Assembly (NCBI GenBank): GCA_951406725.2
Contig: OX597822.1
Span: forward strand, 1,922,001-1,986,000
Length of the DNA stretch: 64,000 bases
Direction of reading: 5' to 3'
Origin: Octopus vulgaris
Lineage: Eukaryota
Positions 37,516 to 50,515 of this stretch are shown here, one piece after another. The notes under the pieces were generated by a model. It saw only the letters and a list, made by a program, of their open reading frames with translations. It made no database searches and was not told the DNA's origin. The translations under genes were made by a program, and so were the position numbers. Position 1 is the first letter of the stretch. Each line of letters begins with the position of its first letter.

Positions 37516-37711
37516 AGTGGAAAGAATATATTATAAGAGGTCAGACGTGAGATATTGGGGATAAGTTTCCCATGTCCCCTTAACTAATCCTCTGTAGCGA
37601 GAGAGAAAAGGGATGAAATATAGACCATAAACTTTAGACTGAAAATTTGCAACAGAATAATACATTCTTAATGGTGTCAAGCAAGGAATCGTTATGCCTA
37701 ACAATAAAATA

Positions 37712-38272
37712 TTGGGTTGCCCGGAAAGTTCGTGACGTTTTATAGTAGCTTATATTTCGACTTATTTTAGAACATGGTTGAGTCCATAATATAGGATTTG
37801 ACTACACCTCCATTTAGAGCACAGTTTAAGCTATCTTTTCGTGAAAGAAGTTTTATGTTCCTATAACCTGTGTTAATTTTGTAACTCTTTAAAATGGAAG
37901 ATAAGAAAGTTCATTTTCGGCACTTGATGTTTTGGGAACCAGACAAAAATTGCTGCAGCTCGGCTGGGATGTGTTACCTCTCACTCCATATTCACCAGAT
38001 ATTGCTCCTTCGGATTCCACTTATTCAGGTCTCTGCAGAATAGTTTTAATGGTAAAAATTTCAATTCCTTGGATGACGTAAAAAGATACCTTGAATTCTT
38101 TGCCACGAAACCCCTTCAGTTCTGGGAAGAGGGTATTTTCAAGTTAAAGGGAAAATGGAGAAGTATTGTGCAACAAAATGTTTCATATTTGGTTGATTAA
38201 AATGTAATGGCAAGTATTTATTGACCTTTTTCTTTCCTTTAAAAATCGGCACGAACTTTCCGGACAACCCAA
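37712..38272 (+). mobile_element. Internally deleted mariner
   Basis: TIRs ttgggttgcccggaaagttcgtg / cacgaactttccggacaacccaa with TA TSD; MEDKKVHFRHLM start fused to YSPDIAPSDSHLFRSL C-terminus. Confidence 0.92.
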
Positions 38273-39142
38273 TATATAATATAAACACATCAATAATAGA
38301 TTAGATTTGAACCAATCTATTATATGGTATAAATTAAAATTAAGTTATTGGAGATAGCTGAAAATTGTGGGAGCAGCTGTGAGGAGATTTTAATATCTTT
38401 AATTAATCGATTCCTGAATTTTAATGAGAATCTTCTGGACCAATTTCCACAACCAAGACCTGTAAGCAAGGATTCAGTCTGTACATAGGGCTCGAAGAAC
38501 CAAGAAGAGGTTCGTGAATGAAAACGCACACAGCACTCTTGAACACGTAGATGATGCCCCTTGAGATAGGAGTAAAAACTGTTTTGTATTGCCTTGGAAT
38601 ATTTTCCTTTGATGCTTTGACCATCACCCATGAGATGGAAGGGATATATTCATTTCATAAGCAATGATGGTTAATGGCACGCGTACGCACATACACACAC
38701 ACACAGGTACACAGGTACACACACACAGGTACACACACACAGGTACACAGACACACTGACACACACTCACATACATATATGCATACATAAATACATACAT
38801 ACATACACACAGACATACAAGAATATATAAACACCAACATTGTTTAAATCACGTGGATATCATTAAGCGAGGGCCGGTTGTTGTTGTTGTTGTTATCATC
38901 GTTATTGCTATTTACTCATTTATTTATTTAATTGATATCTAAACAGCTTAAACTCCGTGAAATGTTGGTAAAGCATGACAGACTGAGGAAGGTATAGAAT
39001 AACCTTTATACAAATAAACTAAAATTAAGATACAAAACTTGAGATAAGAGAAGAAAGAGAGAAAGTATTACTGATAACGAACGGTAAAAAATGGCTGATT
39101 GTTAGTAAGGAGAGACACACAAATAAGAAAGAAGAAAGCAAA

Positions 39143-39187
39143 GGACCACTGATGAGATCACAGAAGTGTGACGAAAGAACTCTGGCC
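39143..39187 (+). ncRNA. Minimal type I hammerhead motif (H5)
   Basis: ggacca-CTGATGA-g(a)tcaca-gaag-tgtgac-GAAA-gaa-CTC-tggcc; canonical core with all three stems present. Confidence 0.6.
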
Positions 39188-39641
39188 GAAATAAGATTAA
39201 GATTAATGTAAAAAATAAAGGTGAAGCAAATTTACACCAAATGTATAGTGCGTGTGTTTTTATTGGTTAAACAGGCAAAATGACCGTTCCTAAAAACAAC
39301 AATAAGAACAGTAAAACGTTTCCGTTAAATCTATTTGTAATCTCCATGAATTGTAACAGTTCATTACAGTTCATAGTTCATTGAAATTTAATTGCTTTCT
39401 CGAATTTAGACAAGTTTAGAAAGAAACGATCAAATATATAGTGGTACCATCGTCCCTCTGTCTGTGAGGATCTTTTAAATGACAATACCCCCGATAGCCC
39501 TGAATATATGTGATCAGTTGGAGGTCCCCCTTTGGGTGCTGTTGAGAATGCCAGTGTTAAGGGTGGGATGTAATTTTCATAGGCTGACTCTGAAGAAGTA
39601 ATTCTTGAGAAGGGAAATCTTACAAAGCCATAATGCATTTA

Positions 39642-41165
39642 CGAGTGTGAGTTGAAAAGTTCACAGGCTGACTGTGAAGAAAGGGTGCCTGAGCTATGAA
39701 ACCCTACACGCATTAATTTCATCCCTTCTTATTAATAACTGCATTGTTTCTTTCCAGGTAAACTGGCGTCTGACTGTTCAAAGAAGACTGGTAACTGGTA
39801 GCACCAGCAGATATGACGTCATCATCACTGTGAAACTGGTGTTTTTTCATGCTAGGGAAAAGAAGATAGTCAGATGAGGCTAAAAACAAAAGAAAATAGA
39901 GTGGGCGATGAAGCAGCCCAAAGACTCGGTAATGCACAGTAGCGATTGAAACCAAGGGCACGTGGCTGGAGCTTTGTTCTTATGAAACAACTCTCCTTTC
40001 GTCAGCTTTCCTGGGCGTTTGTTCTTGGTAGTCTTTCGTAACTGCCACAGCAGGTTGGCATTCTACCATCCTTTGATAGTCTGGCATTTCGAAGTTAGAC
40101 ATTAAACACGGTGGCGTTTGCATCCTAAAATCGGAAGTCATCGCCTTCTCTGCAGATGAAACGATCCTAGCCCCTTTTTTTTTGGAGCAGGTGCGGAGGG
40201 GTGTTTCCACTGCATAGATTGTTGCTTTGGCTTTGGAAACGTACCAGGAAACCCGAGGGATCTGTCTCAAACTTTAGATCAGGCACTCACCAAGCAGAAA
40301 ACTTGTGCAGAATATTCTAATAGCATTGGCTATTTCCTTTATAGTTAATCACCTGTCATCTTTTCATTCTTTTATATGTTTCAGTTATTTGGCCGCGGGC
40401 ATGCTGGAGCACCACCTTTAGTCGAGCAAATCGATCCCATGACTTATTCTTTGTAAGCCTAGTACTTACTTTGTCGGTCACTTTTGCCGAACAGCTAAGT
40501 TACGTGGGGGTAAACACACCAGCATCGGTTGTCAAGCGATGGTGGGGGGACATACACAGATACACCAACATACACAGACACACACAGACACACACACATA
40601 TACACACATACACACACACACATACACACACACACACACATATATATATATACGACGGGCTTCTTTCAGTTTCCTAAATCCACTCAAAAGGCTTTGGTCA
40701 ACCCGAGGCTATAGTAGAAAACACTTGCCCAAGGTGCCACGCAGTGGGACTGCATCCAGAATCATGTGGTTGGTAAGCAAGCTACTTACCACACAACCAC
40801 TCAATGGTGACAATTGCAGGATGTCTAGACCATGGGTCATCTTCAAGACTCTTCCTTCCTCTGCTTAATTTAGGTGCTCACTTTTGCACTGAGAAGTCAG
40901 GAGCATCATCCCATAATGTAGCATCCGATCAGCATCAATGCTCTTGGGGGCTAAACCCATTTACTGCAGGTACTAGCACCACGATGCCAAGTTCTGTTCA
41001 TTTTCAGTTACTTTTGGAGTATTCTATAAACAGCTAAATATCAGTTTACCTGGAGCGAGACACTGCCACTATTAATATGAAAACTTGAAATTAATGCCTA
41101 CCAAATTTCATACCTCTAGCATCATTCCTTCATAATCAGCTTATGAACCTTTCAACCTACCCTAG
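39642..41165 (-). mobile_element. Degraded mariner-like element interrupted by SINE A
   Basis: TA-cgagtgtgagttgaaaagttcacaggctga / tcagcttatgaacctttcaacctaccctag-TA; the interior is only weakly recognisable. Confidence 0.6.
40362..40800 (-). mobile_element. SINE family A, near full length
   Basis: Reverse complement of the consensus. Confidence 0.88.
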
Positions 41166-41604
41166 TAGTTACTTAATATCTAAAAATAAAAACAAAAGTG
41201 AATAGAAAACTATGCCTGATTGCAGATGTTATAACAATGCTCTATAATTATTTACCGGGGGCTAAGCAACTATATCGATAATCCTTGTGGTCTGGCACGT
41301 AAATATTTCTTTCTATCTCTCTTTCTCACTTTCTCACTCTCTCTCACTTTCTCACTCTCACTCTCTCTCTCTCACTTTCTCACACTCTCTCTCTCTCTCC
41401 CTGTCTCTCAGTTTCTTCTGGTCACTGCTCTCTGCTCTCGCGAGGCCTCAGGCGATACAATATGGAAAGTTATCACGAAGATATTGCGATGAGAGCCTGT
41501 GCATATGGATATCATGAAATTTACATTCTCAGAAATATTACCATACTAGTAACTAGTTCTTCTATTACGGCTACTTGGAAATGATAATGATATTAATAAT
41601 AATG

Positions 41605-41800
41605 GTTTCAAATTTGGACACAAGGCCAGCAATTTCGAAGGTAAGGAGTAAGATCAACCCCAGTGCTTAATTGGTACTTATTTTATCAACCTTTAAAGGG
41701 ATGAAGGGCAAAGTCCACCTTGACAGAATTTAATTTCAGAACGTACAGACGGACGAAATACCCTAAAGCCTTATGCCCGATGCGGTAACTTTTCTGTTAG
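41605..41800 (-). mobile_element. SINE family B-related, degenerate
   Basis: accccagtgcttaattggtacttattttatcaacc...atgaagggcaaagtc. Confidence 0.65.
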
Positions 41801-42123
41801 ATTTCTTTCATTAGCCGCAGGAGCAATCGATGGGGGTGGGGACATCAGAAGGACAATCAGCAATTTGTGTGGGGATTTACACAAAAGATACGGAGAAAGA
41901 AATGGAAAAGACGGTAAAATGTGATAAAAGTAGTCATGGTATACAAAGCATATTATTAGGTGAGTGATGCAGTGTTCGTGATACAAGAAAAACTTGTGCC
42001 TATCAAGGAATGCCACATGACCAGGATTACTCTGACCAGCAAAGCAAAGGCTCTCTCCTAACTGTTGCTCTCCTATCTATAGGCGCATGAATAGAATGGG
42101 GGGGGGCATTTACTAACCATTTT

Positions 42124-42156
<33 letters not shown>

Positions 42157-42157
42157 G

Positions 42158-42245
42158 CATCACAACAAATCACAGCACATACCTAAGGCACACAGAGCTG
42201 CGCTCGGTAGTGAAGTGAAAGCACGCTATAAAAATAAAACTACTA
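42158..42245 (+). mobile_element. Short insert in (TAA)n, possible R4/Dong 3' end
   Basis: Unique ~85 bp between two (TAA)n tracts; gcacacag motif resembles the end of the 46386-46880 R4 fragment. Confidence 0.4.
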
Positions 42246-42272
42246 AAAAAAAAAAATAATAATAATAATAAT

Positions 42273-42307
<35 letters not shown>

Positions 42308-42309
42308 TG

Positions 42310-42373
<64 letters not shown>

Positions 42374-42932
42374 TAAATGCCATAATGCAGTACCAGACAT
42401 TGGCTCTCATGCCTTCTGATCTTAACTGACTGGAAGTGTTATCCTGTGCATTGTTTTGTCTTGGTATAAAGGATGGGCTACAGCAAATATTCTGCTCAAT
42501 ATCACAGATTTGCTTGTCAGTTGTTTGACCTTAACCAGTTGATCATGTCCCTTAGTGGCTGACGGTATGTGCATCTCTGATCCCGAGCAGAAATAGTGGG
42601 GGAGCATCATAGCCATGTGTTGAGAGGGATTCTTTGGGGCTTGAATAATTCACTTCTGGAAACATGGGTGTTTCATTCAACAACCTTAAACAACCCTTAT
42701 TCATGGATCTTTTGAGCGGGATGGGTTACTCGACGATAAGAAAATTCTAACTGGGCCCCACCTACAAGGTCATGCGCTGTTTATCTTGATATAAGATCAC
42801 CATATCACGCACATATTGTTGTGATGCATGTGCCTGGTGTACCCTTATCAGACGGATTGTCATGTTTGGTATACTGGGCTTCATATATTTTACCCCAGTG
42901 TCGCTCTGATGGCATGTACAGCTCTCTTACTC
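42374..42932 (+). mobile_element. Non-coding ~550-bp element in (TAA)n, copy 1
   Basis: Colinear with 45767-46291; both begin taaatgccc..atgcagtaccag and end in (AAT)n. Confidence 0.8.
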
Positions 42933-42948
42933 AATAATAATAATAATA

Positions 42949-42983
<35 letters not shown>

Positions 42984-43131
42984 AGTAATAATAATAATAA
43001 TAATCTTAATACTATCTTTTATTGGTCATGGGGGACCAAAACATAGAGGACAATATCAAAGGACGCAATAACACACACAAACGCATATGCAAATATCCAC
43101 AAACATACACACACGCACACACGCACACACT

Positions 43132-43177
<46 letters not shown>

Positions 43178-43417
43178 CTTCCATTGATGAGAAGAGACAC
43201 GAATATCTGCTCGTTTAGTTGGGACCAGGGATTAACAAAGACAACCGAAAAACTAAAACAACAAAAGCCACAGCGAAAACAGCAACAAAAATGACCATTA
43301 GGTATTACTGCTAGAGTGAGTTATACCAATTTGACTACCATACCATCTAAGAAACTGTTACTACTACTACTACTACTACTACCACTACCACTAATAATAA
43401 TAATAATAATGATAATT

Positions 43418-43645
43418 TTTTTATTGTCCACAAGGGGCTGAACATAGAGGGGACAATCAAGGAAAGACAAAGGGATTAAGTCGATTACATCGACTCCAGT
43501 GCGTAACTGGTACTTAATTTATCGACCCCGAAAGGATGAACGGCAAAGTCGACCTCGGCGGAATTTGAACTCAGAACGCAGCAGCGGACGAAATAACACA
43601 AAGCATTTCGCCCTGCGTGCTAACGTTTCTGCCAGTTCCCCCGCC
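43418..43645 (-). mobile_element. SINE family B
   Basis: Reverse complement of the consensus. Confidence 0.9.
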
Positions 43646-44159
43646 TTATTAATAATAATAATAACACTGCTGGTGCCGCTGTTGCTGCTGCTACTGCCAT
43701 TTCTGCTGCTATCGCTGCTGCTGCTGCTGCTGATGCTACGGTGGTAGCGATCCTTTAGATTGTCACTTTATCCTTCCCTATATGCCATATATCAGCCAAA
43801 TTTCTCCAAAATCTCTCTCTCTCTCTCTCTCTCACGCGTACATTAACACACACACACACACAAACAAACACACACGCACACGCTGACGCGCATATTCTTG
43901 CACACTCTGCCGACACGATTTTGCGTGCGCTGTTTCTTTAAAAAAGCAGACCTATAAACACAGCGGATCGAAAATAATACATAAATGCCACGGCTGGAAC
44001 GCCTTTGATAGCGATCGTGTTCGATGAAAATGTAAACAACAAACACTACTACTACTACTACTACTGTTCCTGCAGATGCTGTTGCTTTTATTGCTCTTAC
44101 TACAACTCCAGCTACAACTGGTGATGCGAGTGCGACTCTAACAGTTACTCTACGAAATC

Positions 44160-44380
44160 GGCGGCGAGCTGGCAGAGACGGTAGCGCGCCGGGTGAAAGG
44201 CTTAGTGGTATTTCGTGTGTCGTTACGTTCTGAGTTCAAATTCCGCCGAGGTCGACTTTGCCTTTCATCCTTTCGGGGTCGATAAATAAAGTACCAGTTT
44301 CGCACTGGGGTCGATGTAATCGACTTAATCTCTTTGTCCTTGTTTGTCCCCTCTGTGTTTAGCCCCTTCTGGACAATAAA
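44160..44380 (+). mobile_element. SINE family B
   Basis: ggcggcgagctggcagagacgg...gagttcaaattccgccgaggtcgac. Confidence 0.9.
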
Positions 44381-44691
44381 TATATATACAGTTACACTAC
44401 GAACAGTTAGCTCTTCTCCGTCTAGTAGTAGTAGTAGTGCTGTGTTGGTGGTGGTGGTGGTAGTGGTATTGTGTTAATTGGAGTAGTAGCACCAGCAGCA
44501 GCTGCAGAAATTTCTATTTTCATATCTCATCAATATGATGAGTTACTCACTCATACTGCAGGGATTAGGGAAAGAGAAAAAAATTAAAGAGCAAAATAAT
44601 AATAATAATAATAATCATCCTTTCTACTATAGGTACAAGGACCGGATTTTGTGGGGAGAGGAAGAGTCGATCACATCGACTTCTCTCACTC

Positions 44692-44966
<275 letters not shown>

Positions 44967-45072
44967 CGATGAGGAAGGAAAGTGATAGTCGATTACATCG
45001 ACCCCAGTGCGTAACTGGTACTTAATTTATCGACCCCGAAAGGATGAAAGGCAAAGTCGACCTCGGCGGAAT

Positions 45073-45573
45073 GTCTCACTCTTCTGGAGCTTCACCGTTC
45101 AAACTGACAGAAAGTTAGATGCGAATAAGCCAGACATATTGAAGGACTTCAGACAAAAATCACGCCGCCTCATCGATATGACTGTCGAAATCGACCTACT
45201 AAAAACTGAACAAGTATAAATGTGGAACCTCAAGGCTAAAACTGTTGCCATACGTGTCCTAGGAATGATAGAAGAAGGGGCTGATTGTTAACTAGCTCAG
45301 ATACCAAGAAATCCAAAACGGCAGAAATTCAAAAACTAGTGCTCATGTTAATGACCATATCCTACGTAAAAATACAGTCTATGTAATCTCAAATTAAAAA
45401 ATGAAAACTTATAAGAATTTTCTTATATTTTCTTAAACATTCTCTAGAACAATACTTTGTGCAAATCCAAATATATGCACCCTAGTCATAACATCAACTT
45501 GAACTTCAACTTGAGGTCTCTGGGTGAGACTTGGAGTTAAATAGTACAAATAAAAAAGCAAAAGTCAAACATA

Positions 45574-45575
<2 letters not shown>
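45073..45575 (+). mobile_element. R4/Dong-type LINE 3' fragment (restriction-like endonuclease and 3' UTR)
   Basis: SLFWSFTVQTDRKLDANKPDI...LIDMTV; ends in (ACT)n(AAT)n; preceded by a SINE B fragment at 44985-45071 (minus). Confidence 0.75.
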
Positions 45576-45639
<64 letters not shown>

Positions 45640-45675
45640 GTAGTAGTAGTAGTAGTAGCAGTAGTAGTAGTAGTG

Positions 45676-45753
<78 letters not shown>

Positions 45754-45766
45754 ATAGTAGTAAATG

Positions 45767-46291
45767 TAAATGCCCTGATGCAGTACCAGGCAGTGATGCC
45801 TTCTGATCTTAACTGATTGAAAGTGTTATCATGTACATTTTTTGTCTTGGTATAAAAGATGGGCTACAGCAAATACCCAGATTTGCTTGTCTGTTGTTTG
45901 ACCTTAACCCGTTGAGCCTATCTCTTGGTGGCTGACGATATGTCCATCACTGAACACGAGCAGAAGTAGTGGGGGAGCCATGTGTTGAGAGGAGTTCTTT
46001 GGGGGTTTGAATAATTCACCTCTAGGGGTTTTGTTCATCATCTTTAAACAAACCTTATTCAAGGACCTTTTGAGCAGGTTGGGCTACTCCACGCGAAGAA
46101 AATTCTAACTGGGCTCCACCTGCAAGGTCATGCGTTGTTTAACTTAATATGAGGTCACCATGTCGCGCAAACATGATTGTGACGTATGTGCCTGGTGTAC
46201 CATTATCGGACGGGTAATCATGATGTGAATAGTGGGCTTCGTATATTTCACTCCAGCTTCACTTTGATAACATGTGCTAATCTCTCGCTGA
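45767..46291 (+). mobile_element. Non-coding ~550-bp element, copy 2
   Basis: Homologous to 42374-42932; sits between (TAG)n and (AAT)n. Confidence 0.8.
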
Positions 46292-46311
46292 ATAGTAATA
46301 GTAAAAATAAC

Positions 46312-46385
<74 letters not shown>

Positions 46386-46880
46386 GGATGCCGTTTCAAG
46401 TTGGCAAAGAGGATATGCCGGTTCAAACCGACGAAGAAATAAAAGCTAATCGCCCAGACGTAATAATCAAGAACTGCGGAATAAAACACCTGCTTACCGA
46501 TAGAGATTGCAGTTACATCTGTTCAAAATATCGTCCAAAATTGAGTGGAGAAATTGTTAAAGTACAAAGACCTCGACATTGAACTATTCAAGATATTGGG
46601 CTTGAAGGTTAAAACAATACCAATGCTAATAGGAGCAAAGGGCATGATAAAAAACATATGAACAAAAACGTAGGAGCTATACCTGGATCCTTTGTCTGTC
46701 CTTGTTTGTCCCCTCTGTGTTTAGCCCCTTGTGGGCAATGAAGAAATAAGAAAATAACACTACTCGGGACTATAACTTCAGTAGCAGATCATTCAGATCA
46801 TACACACATAAGCACTCATACGAACAGATTGTACACAGGGGCAAAATATTTATGTTAGTGTTACACACGAAGCACACAGT
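46386..46880 (+). mobile_element. R4/Dong-type LINE 3' fragment
   Basis: DMPVQTDEEIKANRPDVIIK and ITLLGT motifs; begins after (AAT)n; SINE B tail inserted at ~46688-46750. Confidence 0.7.
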
Positions 46881-47000
46881 ACATGCATTTCATTTATAAA
46901 CTATATAGGATATGCTTTAAACGCACTAAAATATCACCAGAAACATCGTTAAACAATTCCTACAACGAATTAAATGTGTTGCAGTGGGCATATGCATATA

Positions 47001-47310
47001 TCGGGTTGTCTGGAAAGTTCGTGCTGATTTATAGTAGCTTACCCTTCGACTTATTTTAGAACATGGTTGAGTCCATAAAATAGGATTTGACTACACCTCT
47101 ATTTATAGCACAGTTTAATCTATCGTTTCGTGGAAGGAGGTTTATGTTCCTATAACCTGTGTTAATTCTGTAACCCTTTAGAGATGGAGGATGAGAAAGC
47201 AAATTTTCGGCACTTGATGCTTTTCTTTTTCAGTAAAGGGAAAAAGGCTTCACAAGCAACCAAAGAAATATGCGCAGTTAACTGTGATGTTTCATTATCA
47301 GAAAGAAAAC
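47001..47310 (+). mobile_element. Mariner 5' fragment, same family as 37712
   Basis: tcgggttgtctggaaagttcgtgc TIR and MEDEKANFRHLMLF...KGKKASQATKEICAV. Confidence 0.85.
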
Positions 47311-47789
47311 AAACCCCCCCACACACACACATATATATATGTGTGTATGTATAGGATTTTTTCCTGTTTTGCTGCACATGTGGAAATTTTAAAATTTATA
47401 AAAACTTTTTAAAGATTTTTGTGCGTGGTTTAACGCCTTTTTAGCTATTATTGTTAGCTCATCTTATGATCACCTCATACTGCATGCTTTTAAGCATTTA
47501 ATAAGCGACAAAAAAACACGTGATGAGAAGTTTAGAAATAAATTGGCTTGTTACTATGGAAACAGACACCGATATGTCTGTGGCTTTCGATTGGCTAAAC
47601 TTTCCCAAAATTTCAAACATTGAGAGCTATTAGCTCTTTATTGATTTATGGCGAAAATCAGTTTCCTGACCATGATTACATTATAAAACTACCCAAGTAC
47701 GCCAAATATGAAATCGATTGCAATAAAAATTGAAGAAGTTGAAAAGTGACAGCCAAGTAGAAAAGATCACACACACACATATTGTTAAA

Positions 47790-48410
47790 TATTGTGTTGA
47801 GTCAAAAGTTTTACAATAATTTTCATAACGTATTTGCTTTATTCATCAAGTTACAACAAATGCAACCTACCATTCAAAGTAAAGGCCATCGTGTTACACT
47901 GTCTAAAACTGTATTTCTGCATGCTCTTTGATCCCACACTGACACCAGTTCTTAACCTTCGAGGTGCAGAATTCTTTCCCAGAAACGTCTATCTGCTCTT
48001 GGTTGATAAAGTGTCGCAAATGCAGGAACAGAGCCATGGATAGGAACAAGTGATAATACGAGTGTATAAGTCTGGACTATATGCTGGTTATGACATCAGT
48101 TCGATTCCCGTAGATTCCTGGAGTTTATTTCAGGTTATTCGAGCGGTATGAGGCGTTGCACTGTCTTGCTGCAAATAAACTCACTGTTTGTTAACCAGTG
48201 ACAGGCCTTTTTGGCTCACCATGGTATACATCCGTTCCAGCTGTTCGGACTACAGGCTGGAGTCGATGGTTCCATCGTGTTGATTGAACTCGTAATGAAC
48301 TATTTCCTCATAATTCCACCAGACTCAGATCATCGCCAGGTATTCGAAAGGCTCACGTTTGACAAGAGCTTCCGGAAGCTGCCCTTGGTTAACCACAACT
48401 TATCACGTTA
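47790..48410 (-). mobile_element. Probable degraded mariner-like 3' fragment
   Basis: Minus-strand remnants resembling the catalytic region (gcaagacagtgcaacgcctcatacc = QDSATPHT; catagtccagacttatacactcgtattatcacttgttc near YSPDL-type motif). Confidence 0.5.
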
Positions 48411-48466
48411 GGATTGCAGAAAAATATCTCCCTCGGAGTTATAGATGTATATATGTGTGTATGTAT

Positions 48467-48750
48467 GTGGCGTCGGGCTCACAATCATGAGGTAGTGGAT
48501 TCGATTCCCGGACCGAGCTGTGTGTTGTGTTCTTGAGCAACACACTTTATTTTCACTCATCTGTAGAAATGAGTTGCGACGTCACAGGTGCCAAGCTGTA
48601 TCGGCCTTTGTCTTTCCCATGGATAACACCGGTGGCGTGGATACAGGAGGCTGTTATGCATGGGCGACTGCTGGTCTTCCATAAACAACCTTGCCCGGAC
48701 TTGTACCTGGGAGGGTAACTTTTTAGGTGCAATCCCATAGTCACTCATAT
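48467..48750 (+). mobile_element. Third tRNA-derived SINE family (C)
   Basis: B-box-like gattcgattcc then tgtgttgtgttcttgagcaacacacttta, resembling the conserved CORE/Meta-type central domain. Confidence 0.65.
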
Positions 48751-48775
48751 TCATTGTTTACCGTATGTGTGTGTG

Positions 48776-48830
<55 letters not shown>

Positions 48831-49049
48831 AATATATATATATATATATATACGTTTATATATTTGTTGTGCAAGACTTTTGATGTGAAATCGTGAGTTG
48901 AAACAGATATTGTTGTATTTAGGAATGGACATTTTGCCAGTTTAGCCAATAAAAACACACGCACTATATACTTGGTGTTACTTTGCTTCAGCGTTATTTA
49001 TTTTTTACATTAATCTTAATCGGCCAGAGTTCTTTCGTCCCATCCCATA

Positions 49050-49102
<53 letters not shown>

Positions 49103-49109
49103 TATATAG

Positions 49110-49277
49110 AAGGAGTTCAAGGATATTCATTCAGAGAAATCTTCAGGAAGCTTCCTGAAGATTTCTCTTGAATGAAACAGTACTAGTCTGTAGAAGCTCC
49201 ATATAATAAATTAATTTAACTCTGCTATGTATATAGTACCTTACTTACTGTGGTTAACCCCGAATCAACCCGGGACC

Positions 49278-49280
<3 letters not shown>
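49110..49280 (+). mobile_element. Short (TA)n-flanked HHR element (H6) with an inverted head duplication
   Basis: Palindrome 49126-49176 centred on aagctt; unique tail to 49280. Confidence 0.6.
49149..49198 (+). ncRNA. Type I hammerhead-like motif (H6)
   Basis: agcttc-CTGAAGA-tttctcttgaat-GAAAC-agtacta-GTC-tgta-gaagct; stem I needs a 4-nt bulge. Confidence 0.5.
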
Positions 49281-49353
<73 letters not shown>

Positions 49354-49369
49354 TGTATATATATATAAA

Positions 49370-49820
49370 GCAAAGAACATGGAGAGGATGATTAATTAAC
49401 AGACATCAGCCTGCAAATATCAATTGATCTATTTATTAATAATAATCATAGGTATAACTAAATGAGTGAAGAATACTATACTCTTACAGTTGTTTCTAGT
49501 TCCGGGTTCAATCCTGCCAAAAGGTGGCACATCATACCAATATTATTCAGGGGTTGAACAAAGTTTGGACAGAGATTAGACAATAACTGAACCCCAAAGC
49601 TTCATCAGATTGTCCATGTGAGGAAGTAAAATAAAAATTAAAATAGGCGAAGGAGTGGCTGTGTGGTAAGTAGCTTGCTTACGAACCACATGGTTCCGGG
49701 TTCAGTCCCACTGCGTGGCAACTTGAGCAACTGTTCTCTACTATAGCCTCGGGCCGACCAAAGCCTTGTGACTGGATTTGGTAGACGGAAACTGAATGAA
49801 GCCCGTCGTATATATGTATA

Positions 49821-49875
<55 letters not shown>

Positions 49876-50460
49876 ATATGTTTGTGTGTCTGTGTTTGTC
49901 CCCTCAACATCGCTTGACAACCGATGCTGGTGTGTTTACGTCCCCGTAACTTAGCGGTTCAGTAAGAGACACCGATAGAATAAGTACTAGGCATACAAAG
50001 AATATGTCCTGGGGTCGATTTACTCGACTAAAGGCGGTACTCCAGCATGGCCGCAGTCAAATGACTGAAACAAGTAAATGAGTAAATGAGTATAATAATA
50101 AATGGTTTGATGTGCCGACTTTTGGCAGGATTGAACCCCGAACTAGAAACAACTGTAAGGGTATAGTATTATTCGCTCAATTATTCTTATTCATTTATTT
50201 ATTTACCTTTTTATTTCCTTTTTTATACCTATGATTGTAATTAATAAACAGATCCAATTGATGTTTGTTAATTAATTATCCTCTCCATTTTCTTCCTCGC
50301 CTCATAAATTTTGAGTAAAATTCTGTTTACCCGTTACTCATACTTATTCTTCCATTGCGCTATTGCTAAGCAACAGCAAGCATTTGGATGTAAATACATA
50401 GGTATGCATCCAGTAGCATATTGGATATTTATTATCCTTTAGATGCTTGTTTAACCTTTA
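49370..50460. mobile_element. Family H8 inverted duplication with SINE A inserted at the junction
   Basis: Arms ~49370-49546 / ~50096-50300; minus-strand CTGATGA (49608-49602)-105 nt-GAAAC-AACT-GTA (49496-49485); flanked by (TA)n. Confidence 0.65.
49646..50091 (+). mobile_element. SINE family A, full length
   Basis: Best-preserved copy, from ggcgaaggagtggctgtgtgg to gaaacaagtaaatgagtaaatgag. Confidence 0.92.
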
Positions 50461-50469
50461 ACTCATACA

Positions 50470-50515
<46 letters not shown>

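Noticed and set aside
38980-39010. CTGAGGA-AGGT...ACCT hammerhead half
   Set aside because: No GAAA after stem II
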